Part shown: positions 25,559-37,854 of the stretch, one piece after another | Numbering within the stretch: the stretch's first letter is position 1 | Layout: each line of letters begins with the position of its first letter | Source of the DNA: Lama guanicoe | Lineage: Eukaryota | Length of the DNA stretch: 64,000 bases | Direction of reading: 5' to 3' | Assembly: GCA_013239625.1 (NCBI GenBank) | Contig: MU054117.1 | Location: forward strand, 2,044,011-2,108,010 | The notes under the pieces: model-generated | Told to the model about the DNA's origin: nothing | The model's database searches: none | The model's input: the letters and a program-made list of their open reading frames with translations, nothing else | Made by a program: the position numbers and the translations under genes

Positions 25559-25643
25559 AGCACTGTGTGGAGTTCCAGAGGACCAACGGTTCCCTGAACG
25601 TGACCTCTGAGAATGCCACCTCTCCTGTCATCGAGTTCTGGGA
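25559..25643 (+). CDS. SLC6A13: GAT-2 coding exon 4 (EL2, three N-glycosylation sequons NGS/NVT/NAT)
   Basis: gcag|[34 protein letters not shown]|gtaagt; 85 nt. Confidence 0.95.
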
Positions 25644-26252
25644 GTAAGTGAGGCCTTTCCCATCCCAGTGTGTGCAGTGCGTCTGAAAGAAGGGGCGGGG
25701 ATGGGTTCATCGGGGATGGCTCTGTGGACAGCAAAAGAAGAATTTCTGCTTCCTCTTTCGGGGGCCCTGTCACCTAAGTGGCTTTTCCTGCTGTCCCTGT
25801 GCCTGTGGTCAATGCAGGGCTGTTTCAGAGGCTCTCCTTGACCCCTGCTGCCTCCTCTCCCCCGTGTGCAGTCGTGCACCTGCATGCATGTCCACCCTCC
25901 TCTCTTCAGCTGCCTATGTGTCGCCTCTATCTGCCCCTCCCCCAAATGGTGACATTCACCTGAGGCACGGCTCCTGATACCACAGCGTCCTAACTCTAGG
26001 GGAGGAAATGTGTTTTCGCGCCTTCTCGAGGTTAAGCTGGCACTCGGCCTCCCAGAGCCCAGCTTACCCGGGGACAGTTTGTCTCGGCCTCACTTTCTGT
26101 CTACCTGCACCTCTGGGCCAAGGAAGCAGAGCCTTACAGATCAGAGCGGAGAAGCTGACAAGCCCTTGGAAAGAGCTGGCGCATGGCTCTGTTGCCCCAG
26201 ACCAAGCTGAGGCTGGCACCACGGTGGAGCCGGCTCAACCTTCTCTCCCCAG

Positions 26253-26385
26253 GAGGCGGGTCCTGAAGATCTCGGATGGCATCCAGCACCTGGGGGCCCT
26301 GCGCTGGGAGCTGGCCCTGTGCCTCCTGCTTGCCTGGGTCGCCTGCTACTTCTGCATCTGGAAGGGGGTCAAGTCCACAGGCAAG
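26253..26385 (+). CDS. SLC6A13: GAT-2 coding exon 5 (TM4)
   Basis: cccag|[51 protein letters not shown]; |gtctgt; 133 nt. Confidence 0.96.
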
Positions 26386-27154
26386 GTCTGTGTGGGGGAG
26401 CTCCCGGCCTCTCCCTTCCCAGGACCCCCTGCCCTTGTGGGGTCTCAGTCGCCCAGGGGTTCCCAGGGGGAAGGGCAGGGATGACCCCGCAGAGATTCCC
26501 TGTGGCTCCCTTCCTTGATTCTGTGCCTCTCCTGGATTCAGCCCTGTTTCCTGGTATTTGGGGCTTGACACCGCAGGAGGAATTTGATCTTGGGAGATCC
26601 TACGTGTGTGGGTACACTGCAGACCGAAACCCGGTTCCTGGCTCCCTATTTCACACAGCAGTTCTTTGGAAAAAGAATTCCATTAAGACTATTAATCTCA
26701 GCACGATTCTCAGCCAACCCCAGGGCCCGGGGAGACCCGTTGCCCGGGAGCGTGGGAGGTGCTGGCGGTCTGAGTTCTGGATTCCTGCCCCGGAGGCCCC
26801 TGACCAGGCCTCCTTCCTAATCTGGCTGCTTGGCTGTGCTAAGCGCCTAAGCCCTGTGAGGACACGTTCCCTACCTGACGACCCTTGCCACAGTTCTAAA
26901 CACCCGTGTCATTCAGTCACTCCACAAATATTTGCTGGGTCTGCGTGGGGGGAGCTGGAGGGAGGAGTGGGGAGGGAGGCTGTGGCTGAAGGCGGAGGGC
27001 AGACTGAGCCGAACAGCTGCAGGGCGAGCGGGAGGGCGCAGGAGGGGAGCGCCCTTGACCTCCTCCCAGGTCAGTGGCTCCTGCCTCTGCTGCTGGGTCT
27101 CCAGGCCCCTCCTTCCTAACTCACAAGCTCCTTGTTTCATCCGCCCCTGGCCAG

Positions 27155-27289
27155 GTGGTGTACTTCACAGCCACGTTCCCTTACCTCATGCTGGTGGTCC
27201 TGTTAATCCGAGGGGTGACGCTGCCTGGGGCAGCCCAAGGAATTCAGTTTTACCTGTACCCAAACCTCACGCGTCTGTGGGATCCCCAG
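27155..27289 (+). CDS. SLC6A13: GAT-2 coding exon 6 (TM5)
   Basis: [45 protein letters not shown]; ccag| ... |gtaaga; 135 nt. Confidence 0.97.
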
Positions 27290-30059
27290 GTAAGAAACCA
27301 CAGACCACGAGGGTCACGTGGTCCTGGAAGTGCCTGGGCTACAGGCCCTCCCTGTGCTCTGCTGGGCATCCCTGCTCCCGGCTGGCCAGCAGACGTCCGT
27401 GGTGGGCGGAGGTCTCAAGACATCTGTTAGCAGCTGTTTCTGGTCCCCCTCACTGGTTCACAACTGCCAGGAAACCCAGGGGGCCCTGAGGCCTTCGTAA
27501 CGCTTCTCAGGGCTCTCAGGCTGGACCCTCTTCCCGCCACCTCCCATCCCCTCTCCTTTCATCCCAAGCTGCCTTTCTATTTCTCAGCCGTCCACCAGCC
27601 CCACTGGTTCCCTTCCTGTGCCCACGTGGCCCACTCCTGGCCCCTGTTCCCAACCCCTCCCGGAGCCAGCTGGGCTGGTGTTGAGTTTCTCGCCGGTTGC
27701 CAAGAGGCCCCTGCCCCTGCCCTCCCCGGCCCTTCCTCCAGGGCCCACCCTCTGCAGGGGTGCTCCTCACTGACTGGGAGTTTGGACAGCAGGCCCTGAA
27801 GGAAGAAGCCACTGCCTCCGACAGGTTCCCAACTCTAGTTGGGCAGCCATTTTGAAAACTGGCAAAGCCAGGAGGTGCCGAGGGTGCAGAGGCCATGGGT
27901 CAGGGCGGCCCAGAGCCCCACGTGGGCCCCTCTGCGCCCTGCCTCTGCCTGCCTGGCACAGGTGACCTCCTGGGGAGTGTGTACAACTTAGGGGGTCTCC
28001 CCTGGGCCGGGAAGCTGTGTCTGTGAAAGGGGCACCCGGCACGGGCCTGACCAACAATCCGACAGCTTTCCAAACATTTTAACAGCAAGGCAGCGGCACC
28101 TTCCCTGCTGGGGGACGAGAAGGGGCAGGAGAGGAGGGAACACCCCCACCCCCAGCTCCCTGTGAGGTGGGGCCTGTTCGCACAGGCAGAGGCTCCCCTT
28201 CTGAGGACTTTGGGGTGACTGCCTCCCAGCCTCTCAGCCCCCCCGGCAGAGCTCCTCCCTCCTCCCTCCTGAATCCTGCCGTGGCTCCCAGAGCAGCCAG
28301 GCTCCTCGTGCCCAGAGCCTCTCAGCCTCGGTCCTGGGTCTCTGTCCATGACCTCTGGTGGGATGTGCACGTCCCCTCCCACCCTGTTTCTGAGACCCGG
28401 TAGAGACATGGATGTGGCCGCCGCGTCTCCACGTAGGCTCCACCTCGGGCCTGGAGCCCACCGGCAGGCCCGTAGCTGTTGAAGCTGGAGAAACCCAGGT
28501 GTCGTCTGTGCAAAGTCCTCATTGCACAGCAAGTAACACCAGGCCAGGGCCCAAGGGCTACGGAGGATAGCAGGCAGCAACCAGGAGGCTGCGGGGGCAG
28601 CAGAGCTGAGGGAGGCCCTGGAGCCTGGGGAGGCTGTCTTGGAGGGACCACTGTGGTTCTGGAGCGGAGTTGTGAACCGATGGCTAAGCCACAAGCCACC
28701 TTTGCATGAGGTCAGGCTGGGAGCGGAGGGAGACAGGCAGATGGAATGAAAGAGAGGGGAGAGAGCGTCTGGACCTGACCTCTGGCTTCTGTGATGGAAG
28801 CCTCATGTGTCCTGGTCACTATCCGTAGCTGACCACAGCTGAGGGCCCACTGTGGCATCATTAACTGGTGCCCATGCATTCTTTCAGCTCATCCTCACAG
28901 CCGACCATTGAGGTATCCCCATGTCAGAGACAGGAAATTGAGGCCTAGAGAGCTCCAAGAACTTTCCGCCCAGGCACCTGCACCTGGAAGCCAGGTCTGC
29001 GTGAGGGCAAGTCCCACGGCTTTATAGGCTCTGGAAGGCAGAGTCCTGTCTGCCCACCTTTGTTTGGCGCACAGCTCGTTCATTCAGCAGGGTTGACTGA
29101 GCATCTCATCCGTCGGTGCCGGACGTGTTCCAGGGGCGGTGCTTGTTACACAACAGCTGCCAGCAAACATGCGGGCGGTGGGCCAGAGAGCCATCCACCC
29201 TGAGAGTTAAAAGCATGCCCTTCTGTGTCTGGGTCACTGCAGGGAATGAACCCTCTTCCGGTCTTCTCTCCAGGACACCATCCTTCCCACCCCAGCTGGC
29301 TGCAGGCTGTGCAGGAGTCGTGCCCTCAGGGCCCTCTGAGGCCGTGGGAAGAAGGTGTTTCAAGAGCCCGGCTTCTGAGCAGCCTTTTTCACTGCCGGTC
29401 CTGGTCTCACGCTGAAGCTGGCATTCGTTGTCAGCGAGCAGCAGCACCTGCAGGGTGGGATGCCCCTGCCGGAGCCCTAATGGGATGTACTTGGCACTTG
29501 CCAGGAAGTGTGACAACTCCAACCTGCACTTGCCTGGCACTCGAGAAAGCTGCAAAGTTCCTGCTAGTCAGCCCAGAGGCCAGAGCACCTCTCTCTGCCA
29601 AGCTCTCCATCTGGGAGCAGGAGCCAGGAGGAGGCATGGCTGGGTTTACCTGTCTGCCAGTGTGTTGGGCACGTTGCTGCCTCTCCTGGCCTCCCCAGGG
29701 CCGTCTCTTTCCCAGTGGGGAGTGGCCACAGGAGAGGAGACTCCCCTGGGGCCGTGCGTGCTGGCTTTTGGCCCTTTGCCTTTCCCTCGCCCTGACCCTT
29801 GTCTGTCCCACGGCACTTTGGTGGATCAGTACGGGCATAGGTTCGGGCTCGGGGGTCCAGCGAGCCGTTGCTGAACACCTTTGACCTCTACACTAAACTA
29901 TTCTAAAGAAGGGTGTGTTTAAGGAGGAGGTTGGAACACATGATTAGAACGAGTCTTCTCATTTTGATACCATGCATTGAAATCTTTGAGACCTCACTAT
30001 CCCCTGGAGGGTCAGTTGCTTTTCAAAAATAACAGCACCCACACATAGCCCCGAAGCTG

Positions 30060-30620
30060 ACACGCTTGTTCGGGGCTTACTACTTGCCGGGCCCTTCCCT
30101 TAAGTGCAAGGCGCAGTTTAGTCCTCATACCAACCCCACAACTTAGGTGTCGCCCCATTTCACAGATGAAGAAACTGAAATTTAAAAATTTTCAGAAGTT
30201 TGCCCCAGATTGCCAAACTAGCATGGAGGAGGAGCTTGGGTTTCATCTCAAGTCATCTTTTGTGGTCTGCTGCCTTAACCACCACAATATACCTCTTCCA
30301 AAGCATACAAGTTATCTGAGTGTTTTAAGGGCTGCTTTTTACTTTCCCAGAATTATTCCAGAGGTGGGGCAGGGAATGAACATTTATTTTTGTGTTTGGC
30401 ATTTTACACTCATTATTTTATTTAAATTTGTTATTTTACCCATTTTACTTGTTAATATATCCATTTGTTATTTTACCTGTTATTACACACATTTTCCTGA
30501 TGAGAAAAGTGAGGTTCAGAGAGGTTAAGTGACTAGCCTAAGATCACACAGCCAGTAATTAACAGAGTTAGGAACTGAACCCAGTTCAATTTGACTCCAA
30601 AGCCCAGGCTTTCTCCATTA
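30060..30620. mobile_element. Two MIR SINEs
   Basis: ccccatttcacagatgaagaaactga; gatgagaaaagtgaggttcagagaggttaagtgact...cacacagc. Other MIR fragments at roughly 25000-25150, 28880-29030, 38720-38850, 42255-42380, 42960-43140, 47220-47400 and 52415-52490. Confidence 0.75.
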
Positions 30621-32939
30621 CATGCAGCTGTCTTCCTGAAAACAGTAAATACAGTCATCCTTGCAGTTGGACTCTGGCCTGAAAACATATTTCCTGGATC
30701 TTCTATAAATCTCTTTCTTTCTCTGTCCCCTACAAAGACCTCTTTTTTTTGCGTCTTTCACACTTATGTTCCTCGCCAGTCTTTTGCTCCAGGCAAAGAC
30801 ACATGTGAGCTTTGTTCCCAAAACCAGGGCTCCCGGACAGGCTGGCGGTGGGCTGCCCGGTGGGAACAGCACAGCTTGCTTTGCCTGTCCGTCCGCTGGC
30901 CCCTCCTCTGACCCCGCGGCTCTCCCATCCCAGCTGGTCAGGCGGCCGCTGCGCAGAGAGCTGGGCTTGCCAGCCTCCCAGCGAGGGGCTGCGGTCAGTC
31001 TGACCCTTGCACTCTGAGCTCTCAGCCCTCCTGCTGCGTTTTCCTCTGTTCTCATTAATTTATCCCCCCAACTCAGTCTTAGTCTGTCCCCTCAGGGCGA
31101 GGACAACTGTCAAGTCACAATTTCTCTGATTTCTTCTTCCCATGCCCAAGTGCGCAAAACTTCACAACTGCAGGATCAGCACACGGGCAGCCCCGGTGCA
31201 TCTCTGAGGGGACCTGAGAGTTTCCCTCCATGGACTGCCGGTCAGTTGCAGCCTGGACCCCGGGAAGCACGGGGAGCAGACATCCAGGGCCCGCGGTTGG
31301 GAGGCTCTTGGGCCGCGAGCTGGGTGACCTGTCTGCAGAGAGCTCCCCAGCCCTTCTGTCTGAGCCCATGTGGATCCTTTCTGTCCGAGCCCCTTTGAGG
31401 CTGTAACAATAAATGAAATGGACAGTGACCTTCAGACCAGAGACCACGGGGTTTCCCTGCAAGGATGCTCCTCCCGGCATTTGGGGCAGTTTTAGAAGAG
31501 AAACGGGTTTGAGATGTCTTGAAGGAGCACACAGTCTCCCTGGGGCACGTCCTCAGTCCCTGGCGTCCGTGGAGTCTTGTGTGCACCCCCGTCCCCAAGT
31601 TCTTTCTTCTTTCAGTCCTGCCCCTTCCTTCTCCAGCTTCTGAAATAAACCCCGGGGCCCACCCCCTCCCCGTTATACGTTATAATTTTCCCTCAAGTTT
31701 AAGGTAGACAGTCTGGTGTTTTGTACCTTGCCTGCTATCTCCTTGCTGGCCCTGCCCCCCTGGGGGCTTCCTCTGTGCTTCCTGACCCCCTGTCCCTGGT
31801 GGCAGCTCCTGCCCACAGACACCCTGGGGGTGGGGAGCCACAGCAGGCAGAAGGCACTGTCTGCCCCTTTCCTCCGCTTTCCCGCTCTGCCCCCGCCCCT
31901 GCAGAAGTGGAAGTAAGTGAGCAAAGTGCAGGCCCTGGGTGCGTCCTCGGGGTGGGGGCAGGGGTTCCCACACCTGGCTGTTCATTAGGGTTACCCAGGA
32001 AGCTCTGAAATCACACCAGTTTCTGGGTTCTCTTCTAGGCCTAGAGATTCAGGGTCTCAACTGGGGATGCTGGCTGAGGAATCAGGGTGGTTCTGATGTA
32101 GTCAGGTGGCATGGGGTCCCTCGGACCCCCTGCAATGCCGAGGGAAGTGGGCACTTTGGTGGGGTGAGTGGTGGCGATGGCTAGGGCGGCGGGAGGGACA
32201 GGGAGGGGCTGAGGAGCTGCGGAGGGGGGCACCTGAGCCCATTTTTAGTGGAAGGAAAGCAGGAGCCTGTTTGGGGGCTACAGGCAGGGTGGGCAAGAGA
32301 CAGGAAGGGGCACAGAAGTATGAGGACACCCCCGGTGACAAGTACCACCCCCTTCAGAAGTCTGTGGCCACGGCTTCGTGCTCACGTCCTCTGAAGGCAG
32401 GAGGTGCCTGGGGAGGGTCTGTGGCCCCAGGACCCCCCTGCCCCCGCGGATCTGCAGGGCTGCTGGGTCGGGTCCGCCTTGATCTTCTCTCTCTCTGGGA
32501 TGTTGTTCCAGCTGTTAAATCTAGCTCCTCCCAGGCACGGGCCCGGCCAGCTGAGAAAACAATGGGAACGAACGCCCGGGCCCTGTGTTCAGCCCCAAAG
32601 AGTGCAAAGCCCTTGACGGGGGATTTCTGTTCCGCTTCTTGACTTTTTTTAAGCGGAGGACCACTCTTCCTGTCTCTCGGATGTAGGGTTTTGAGGTGCG
32701 AGGGGGCAAACTTCATGCCCGTGATGGCACTGACACTAAGGATCCACACCCCTAGAAAGAGTTCCTGTCCCTGGGGTCCTTCTAGACTGGACGCACTGCC
32801 AGGGGCCCTGGATGGGAGCAGGGGAGGCAGAGCCCCAGGCTTCGCTTCCATGATAGAAACCTGGTGCCAGGCCTCGCTGACTTAGTTCTAGGGCAGCGCC
32901 CATCAGCCTCCCTCGTGGGCCCTTTAGTTTTCTTCTCCC

Positions 32940-33725
32940 AACGCCCGGTGCCCGTGCCATCCTGATCGTGCCTGAGAAACTCCGTCCAGGGGCCCGGGAA
33001 GTAGAGCCCATTGGAATAGCGCGGTCGCGGGGAGCCTGCACGGCCGAGGGCCGGGTTCTCGCCGCCCCAGCCGTACCCGGCTCAGCCGTGGGCGCGTGGG
33101 GTCTCGTGGAGCCCAGACGGCCTGGCTTCCCGGGGGCAGCTCTCTTGCCTTTTCCCTGCCCCTGCGCAGGTGTGGATGGACGCGGGCACCCAGATCTTCT
33201 TCTCCTTTGCCATCTGCCTGGGGTGCCTGACGGCCCTGGGCAGCTACAACAAGTACCACAACAACTGCTACCGGTGAGGGGGGGCGCGGGGCGGGGNNNN
33301 NNNNNNNNNNNNNNNNNNNNNNNNNNNNNNNNNNNNNNNNNNNNNGTGAGGAGGGGCGCGTGACGGTGGGGGGGCCTCGGGGAGGGGGGCGGGGCCCGAG
33401 CTACTGCCCCAGCAGCCAAGACAGATCCGATAGATCCGGGAGATTTGGAGGGGCCCCAGCTGGTGGATTGCCTGCGCTCCCCTGCTGCCTTCACCCCGCT
33501 TTCTAACCCTTTGCTGAAAGGAGCCAGGATGGGCAGAGGGCTTGCTCGCGAAGGATGGCCAGTTGTGGTTGGCGGGGAAGCCGCAGCGGGGCCCGCGCCT
33601 CAGAGGGCGGGGGGCGCAGGCGCGAGAGCAGCGCGCGAGGGGGTCATGTCACACGGCGAAGCCGGCTCCGTGCCTGGGCCCTCCGAACACCGAATCCCTC
33701 CCTGCGGTTCCCTCGGCCCGCTTGG
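32940..33725. other. Intragenic CpG-rich segment around GAT-2 coding exon 7, containing an assembly gap (N 33297-33345)
   Basis: High CG density; 49 N. Confidence 0.6.
33170..33273 (+). CDS. SLC6A13: GAT-2 coding exon 7 (TM6)
   Basis: [34 protein letters not shown]; gcag| ... CG|gtgagg; 104 nt. Confidence 0.96.
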
Positions 33726-33989
33726 TTCATGTCAGAGAATTTAAGCCGATTTTAAACGGCTTAGACACATCATTTCAAAATCAAACTTAGGTGACTAAGA
33801 TCATCTGTAGCTTGGGGTCACGCATGCCCATCTCCGCTCCGTTAACGGGCCAGACTGGGTTGTGTGAGAGGGACAGTGTCCCAGGAGGTGTGGTGGCCAC
33901 ACAGCGGACGCGGGGAGGCTGCGAGGCAGGGCGCATTTTTAGGGTTTCTGCTACTTCCGTAGAGCCTCATCTTTGTAGGATGACCTTGA

Positions 33990-34280
<291 letters not shown>

Positions 34281-34968
34281 TGAGCTTTGTGTGAACCTTC
34301 ACCAACCCACCAGGATCTACAGGCATCTCTATTGTCACCTACACTGTGGGTGACCTCTCAGTGGCTGCGTCCTGGGAAGACGTGGTGTGGGATTAAACAG
34401 CGATTCCAACTTCAAAGGGTGCACAGGTGTGCAGAGAACAATTCCTTCCCACCCTGGCCTCCAGTTCTTCACCCAGCAGGCAACCAGTATGTCCAGATTC
34501 ATATTTTCCCTTCCAGAAATAGTTTAGGCTTTCATGAGAAAAAAGGAGCCACACATGTCTATTCATACACATCCCTACCTGCATGCATAATGCTGTTTCT
34601 ATTTCCTACACCTTTAACTACCAATGATAACATGTTGCATACACTGTCCTGCACCCTTCACCTGTCTTCTTCACTTTAAAGAGCATCTCAGAGATGAGTT
34701 CTCACTGGCCCGTGGAGGTTCCTCCTTTAAGCGCCTGACTTCCTACCACGCAGTGCTGTTGCTTTTGAATGAAATCAGATTGGTCCCCCACCTGGGTAAG
34801 CTGTCAGCGTCTCCCTCACTCACACGCCCCCATTCCCGTGGACCACCCCCTCGCACTCTGTAACAAGGCAGTTTTGATCGTGAGGTTCACAGGCACAGGG
34901 CTGTCACACAGAGTGCCAGCCAGTGCCAGGCAGCTGACATCACTGGTTCTTGCTAAGAACAGTCGGCA

Positions 34969-35100
34969 GAGGAGGGTGTAGCTCAGTGGTGCAGTGCATG
35001 CCTAGCGTGCACGAGGTCCAACCCCAGTACCTCCATCAAGTGAGTAATAAACCGAACTACCTCCTCGACAACAAAAGTAAAAAATAAATTAAAAGAAGAA
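34969..35100 (+). mobile_element. tRNA-derived SINE (Vic-1-like) with part of the B box deleted
   Basis: ggagggtgtagctcagtgg...gaggtcc|aaccccagtacctcc lacks the TGGGTTC present in sister copies; A-rich tail. Confidence 0.8.
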
Positions 35101-35854
35101 GCAAGGATCGGATTTCACCGTGCCAACTGCTTGCCCGAGCCTCGCTATGAGTGCTGTGGGGCAGGTGCTAGCGTGGTCCCACATGGTCCTACACTTTCTT
35201 TCCAAGGAAGCGTCCTCTGCAGGAGCCCTGGCGGCTGCATCTGTTCCTGCCATTTGAGCCAGCTGAGGGGAGCATTATGTGTCTGAGAGGATGTGGCAGG
35301 GGGTTATTCTGGGATTCATGCAGGTCACTTGCTGTCGGGGTCCAGAGGTGGCCAACGGTGGCCCCAGCCCCAATCTAGTCTTGGAGATATTTTCTTTGGA
35401 ACGTGGTAGAAACCACACAGCAGTTGCCTTAAGGGGGCACGATGGCTCCAGGTTCAGCAGGCCCCCTGCGTCCTATGTTTGCCCTGGGCCAGCTTCACAA
35501 AGGTCCATGGCCTGCCTGGCCCTGAGCTCTTTTGAAGTCTGAAACCTCTGGTTTGGGGCAATGGGTCTGGAGAGTGAGCCCTAAGGATCTGGGGTAGAAC
35601 TCACAGAAATGCAGGTGATACACCCCCTTCCTACTCCCCAAAGCCCTTTTAAACACCCACAGCCTTTAGGTTCTGTTCCTGCCAGTGAGAAAACTGGGCA
35701 GGGCCTTGGAGGTCTGGGCACCAGAGAGAGGTCTAGGGGGCTTCTCGGGGGCAAAGACAGTGGTAGGGAGCAGCTCTGGGGCTCCCGTTGTCCCGGGACC
35801 CCGTGCTGGGAAGCCTGGGGTGACACTGGGCCATCTCCCCGCCCCACGCCACAG

Positions 35855-35967
35855 GGCCCGGCCTGGCCTTCATCGCCTACCCCCGAGCTGTGGTCCTCCT
35901 GCCCTTCTCTCCACTCTGGGCCTGCTGCTTCTTCTTCATGGTCGTCCTCCTGGGACTGGATAGCCAG
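35855..35967 (+). CDS. SLC6A13: GAT-2 coding exon 9 (TM8)
   Basis: [37 protein letters not shown]; |gtacca; 113 nt. Confidence 0.96.
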
Positions 35968-36264
35968 GTACCAAGAGGTGTCCGCTTGGAGCCTGAGAGG
36001 TGGGTGGTGGGGAGCAGAGGGCACCAGGTTCGACCTGACGCCCGGAGGGACCTTAAATCATCTGGGGGCCGGGCGGGTGTCAGAAGTGGATGTCCTTCCC
36101 GGGACCGAGGGGAGTTTGGAGCAGGATCCAGACCCAAGCACACAGGGATGGCTCTGAGGCGTGAGACGGAGGCTGGCAGGGCTGCCTCGGGTCAGGGGGC
36201 CAGAGCTGGTGGAGGGGCTTCTCATGGGGGTGCCCGCCCTGCAATTCTTCGCCCGCCCATCCAG

Positions 36265-36402
36265 TTTGTGTGTGTGGAAAGCCTGGTGACAGCACTGGTG
36301 GACATGTACCCCAGCGTGTTCCGCAAGAAGAACCGGAGGGAGGTCCTCATCCTTGGAGTGTCTGTCCTCTCCTTCCTCGTCGGGCTGGTCATGCTCACGG
36401 AG
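36265..36402 (+). CDS. SLC6A13: GAT-2 coding exon 10 (TM9)
   Basis: [46 protein letters not shown]; |gtgagg; 138 nt. Confidence 0.96.
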
Positions 36403-37198
36403 GTGAGGGCCTGCAGGTGGGGCCCCGGCGAGGAGGAGCCACAGTGGATGACTGCCACCTGGGAGGGGGAGCAGGGGAGCAGGGGAGTGGGCATTGGAGG
36501 ATGTGGTGGTGGTGGGGAGCCGGCTGCTGTGGTTTCAGGCCCCCACCTTCCTGGCTTCAGGGCCGGGGGCTCTGTCCTTTCCTGCCCCAGGATGCACAGA
36601 GTAGGCACTTCCAGCCTGTGGCCCTTGGGCCTTGTCCCTAACCCTGGGACTCCTCCCTCCCCAACCTCAACCATCTGGGCACGGCTGAGGGATGATTTGG
36701 TTCCATGTAAGCTGAAAGGTATAGAAAGGATGGGTGGGACAGCTTGGATCCGGAGAAACTGCCTCTCCAGCAAGATCCCATGATTTCCCAGGCAGGGGAC
36801 CCAAGTTCCAGGGACAGACTTCAAAGGCAGAAAGGGGGCCCTGGGGTGGGAGACATTCCGTGTGATGCCTCAAGGGAGAAGGAGGGAGCTGGGGCACACC
36901 AGCTGGACGGTACCAATGATGGCCCCTATCCTGGTCCTCCACCACAAATGCACCCGGTGTCTTAGGCCCCCAGGTCAACCCCTGCACGTTCTCAGGGATG
37001 AGCTAACAATGGCTGTCTTTCATCCACCTTCCTTCCAAAAACAATAATCAAACATTGTTATTGTCTCATGTCTGCCCGGTGCTTTACAGCTTACAAACCA
37101 CACTGTCTTTTAATCTCTTTCTCCTGGGTTCCTCCGGACCTCTGCTCTGTGCCCCGAGGGTGCTCTGGGTAAAGCTGTTCCTCTCTCCCCTGAGGCAG

Positions 37199-37301
37199 GG
37201 CGGTATGTACGTGTTCCAGCTCTTTGACTACTACGCAGCCAGCGGCATGTGCCTTCTGTTTGTGGCCATCTTTGAGTCCCTCTGTGTGGCTTGGGCCTAT
37301 G
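37199..37301 (+). CDS. SLC6A13: GAT-2 coding exon 11 (TM10)
   Basis: [35 protein letters not shown]|gtgagt; 103 nt. Confidence 0.96.
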
Positions 37302-37753
37302 GTGAGTGACTCTGCCCGTGGCCCCGACCCCAGCACTCACCTCTGCCCGGCTCTTAGACAAAAGAGAGACCTCACTGCTCACACCCACCTTCCCCGGGAC
37401 TCCTCCCTCCCCAACCTCAACCATCTCAAGAATCCGACATGGCTACCATGGGACTAGCCCCCCAGAGGTGGCCTTGTCCCCCTCCTGGTTGTAGCTGTGC
37501 CCAGACCACGGCAGGTGGGCCCGTGTCCTGCCTATCGAAGCGTTTCAGCCTTTGACATCAGAAATCCCTGCCTTTGCCCACTGCTGTTTATACTGTGAAT
37601 TCCGGGGGAGGTGCTGCTCCAGCAGTGACCCGAGAAGGCAACCAGGCTGTCTTCTGGTGGTTGGTCCTGCCCTTCCTGGTTGGCGTGGTCCCCCGTCCGG
37701 ATGCTTTGGCTGCTAACTGATGCCCTTGCTCCCGCTTCTTCTCTTCCTGGTAG

Positions 37754-37854
37754 GAGCCGGGCGCTTCTACGACAACATTGAAGACATGATCGGGTACCGG
37801 CCGTGGCCCCTTATCAAGTACTGCTGGCTCTTCCTCACACCCGCTGTGTGCACA
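37754..37854 (+). CDS. SLC6A13: GAT-2 coding exon 12 (TM11)
   Basis: [33 protein letters not shown]; |gtaaga; 101 nt. Confidence 0.96.
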
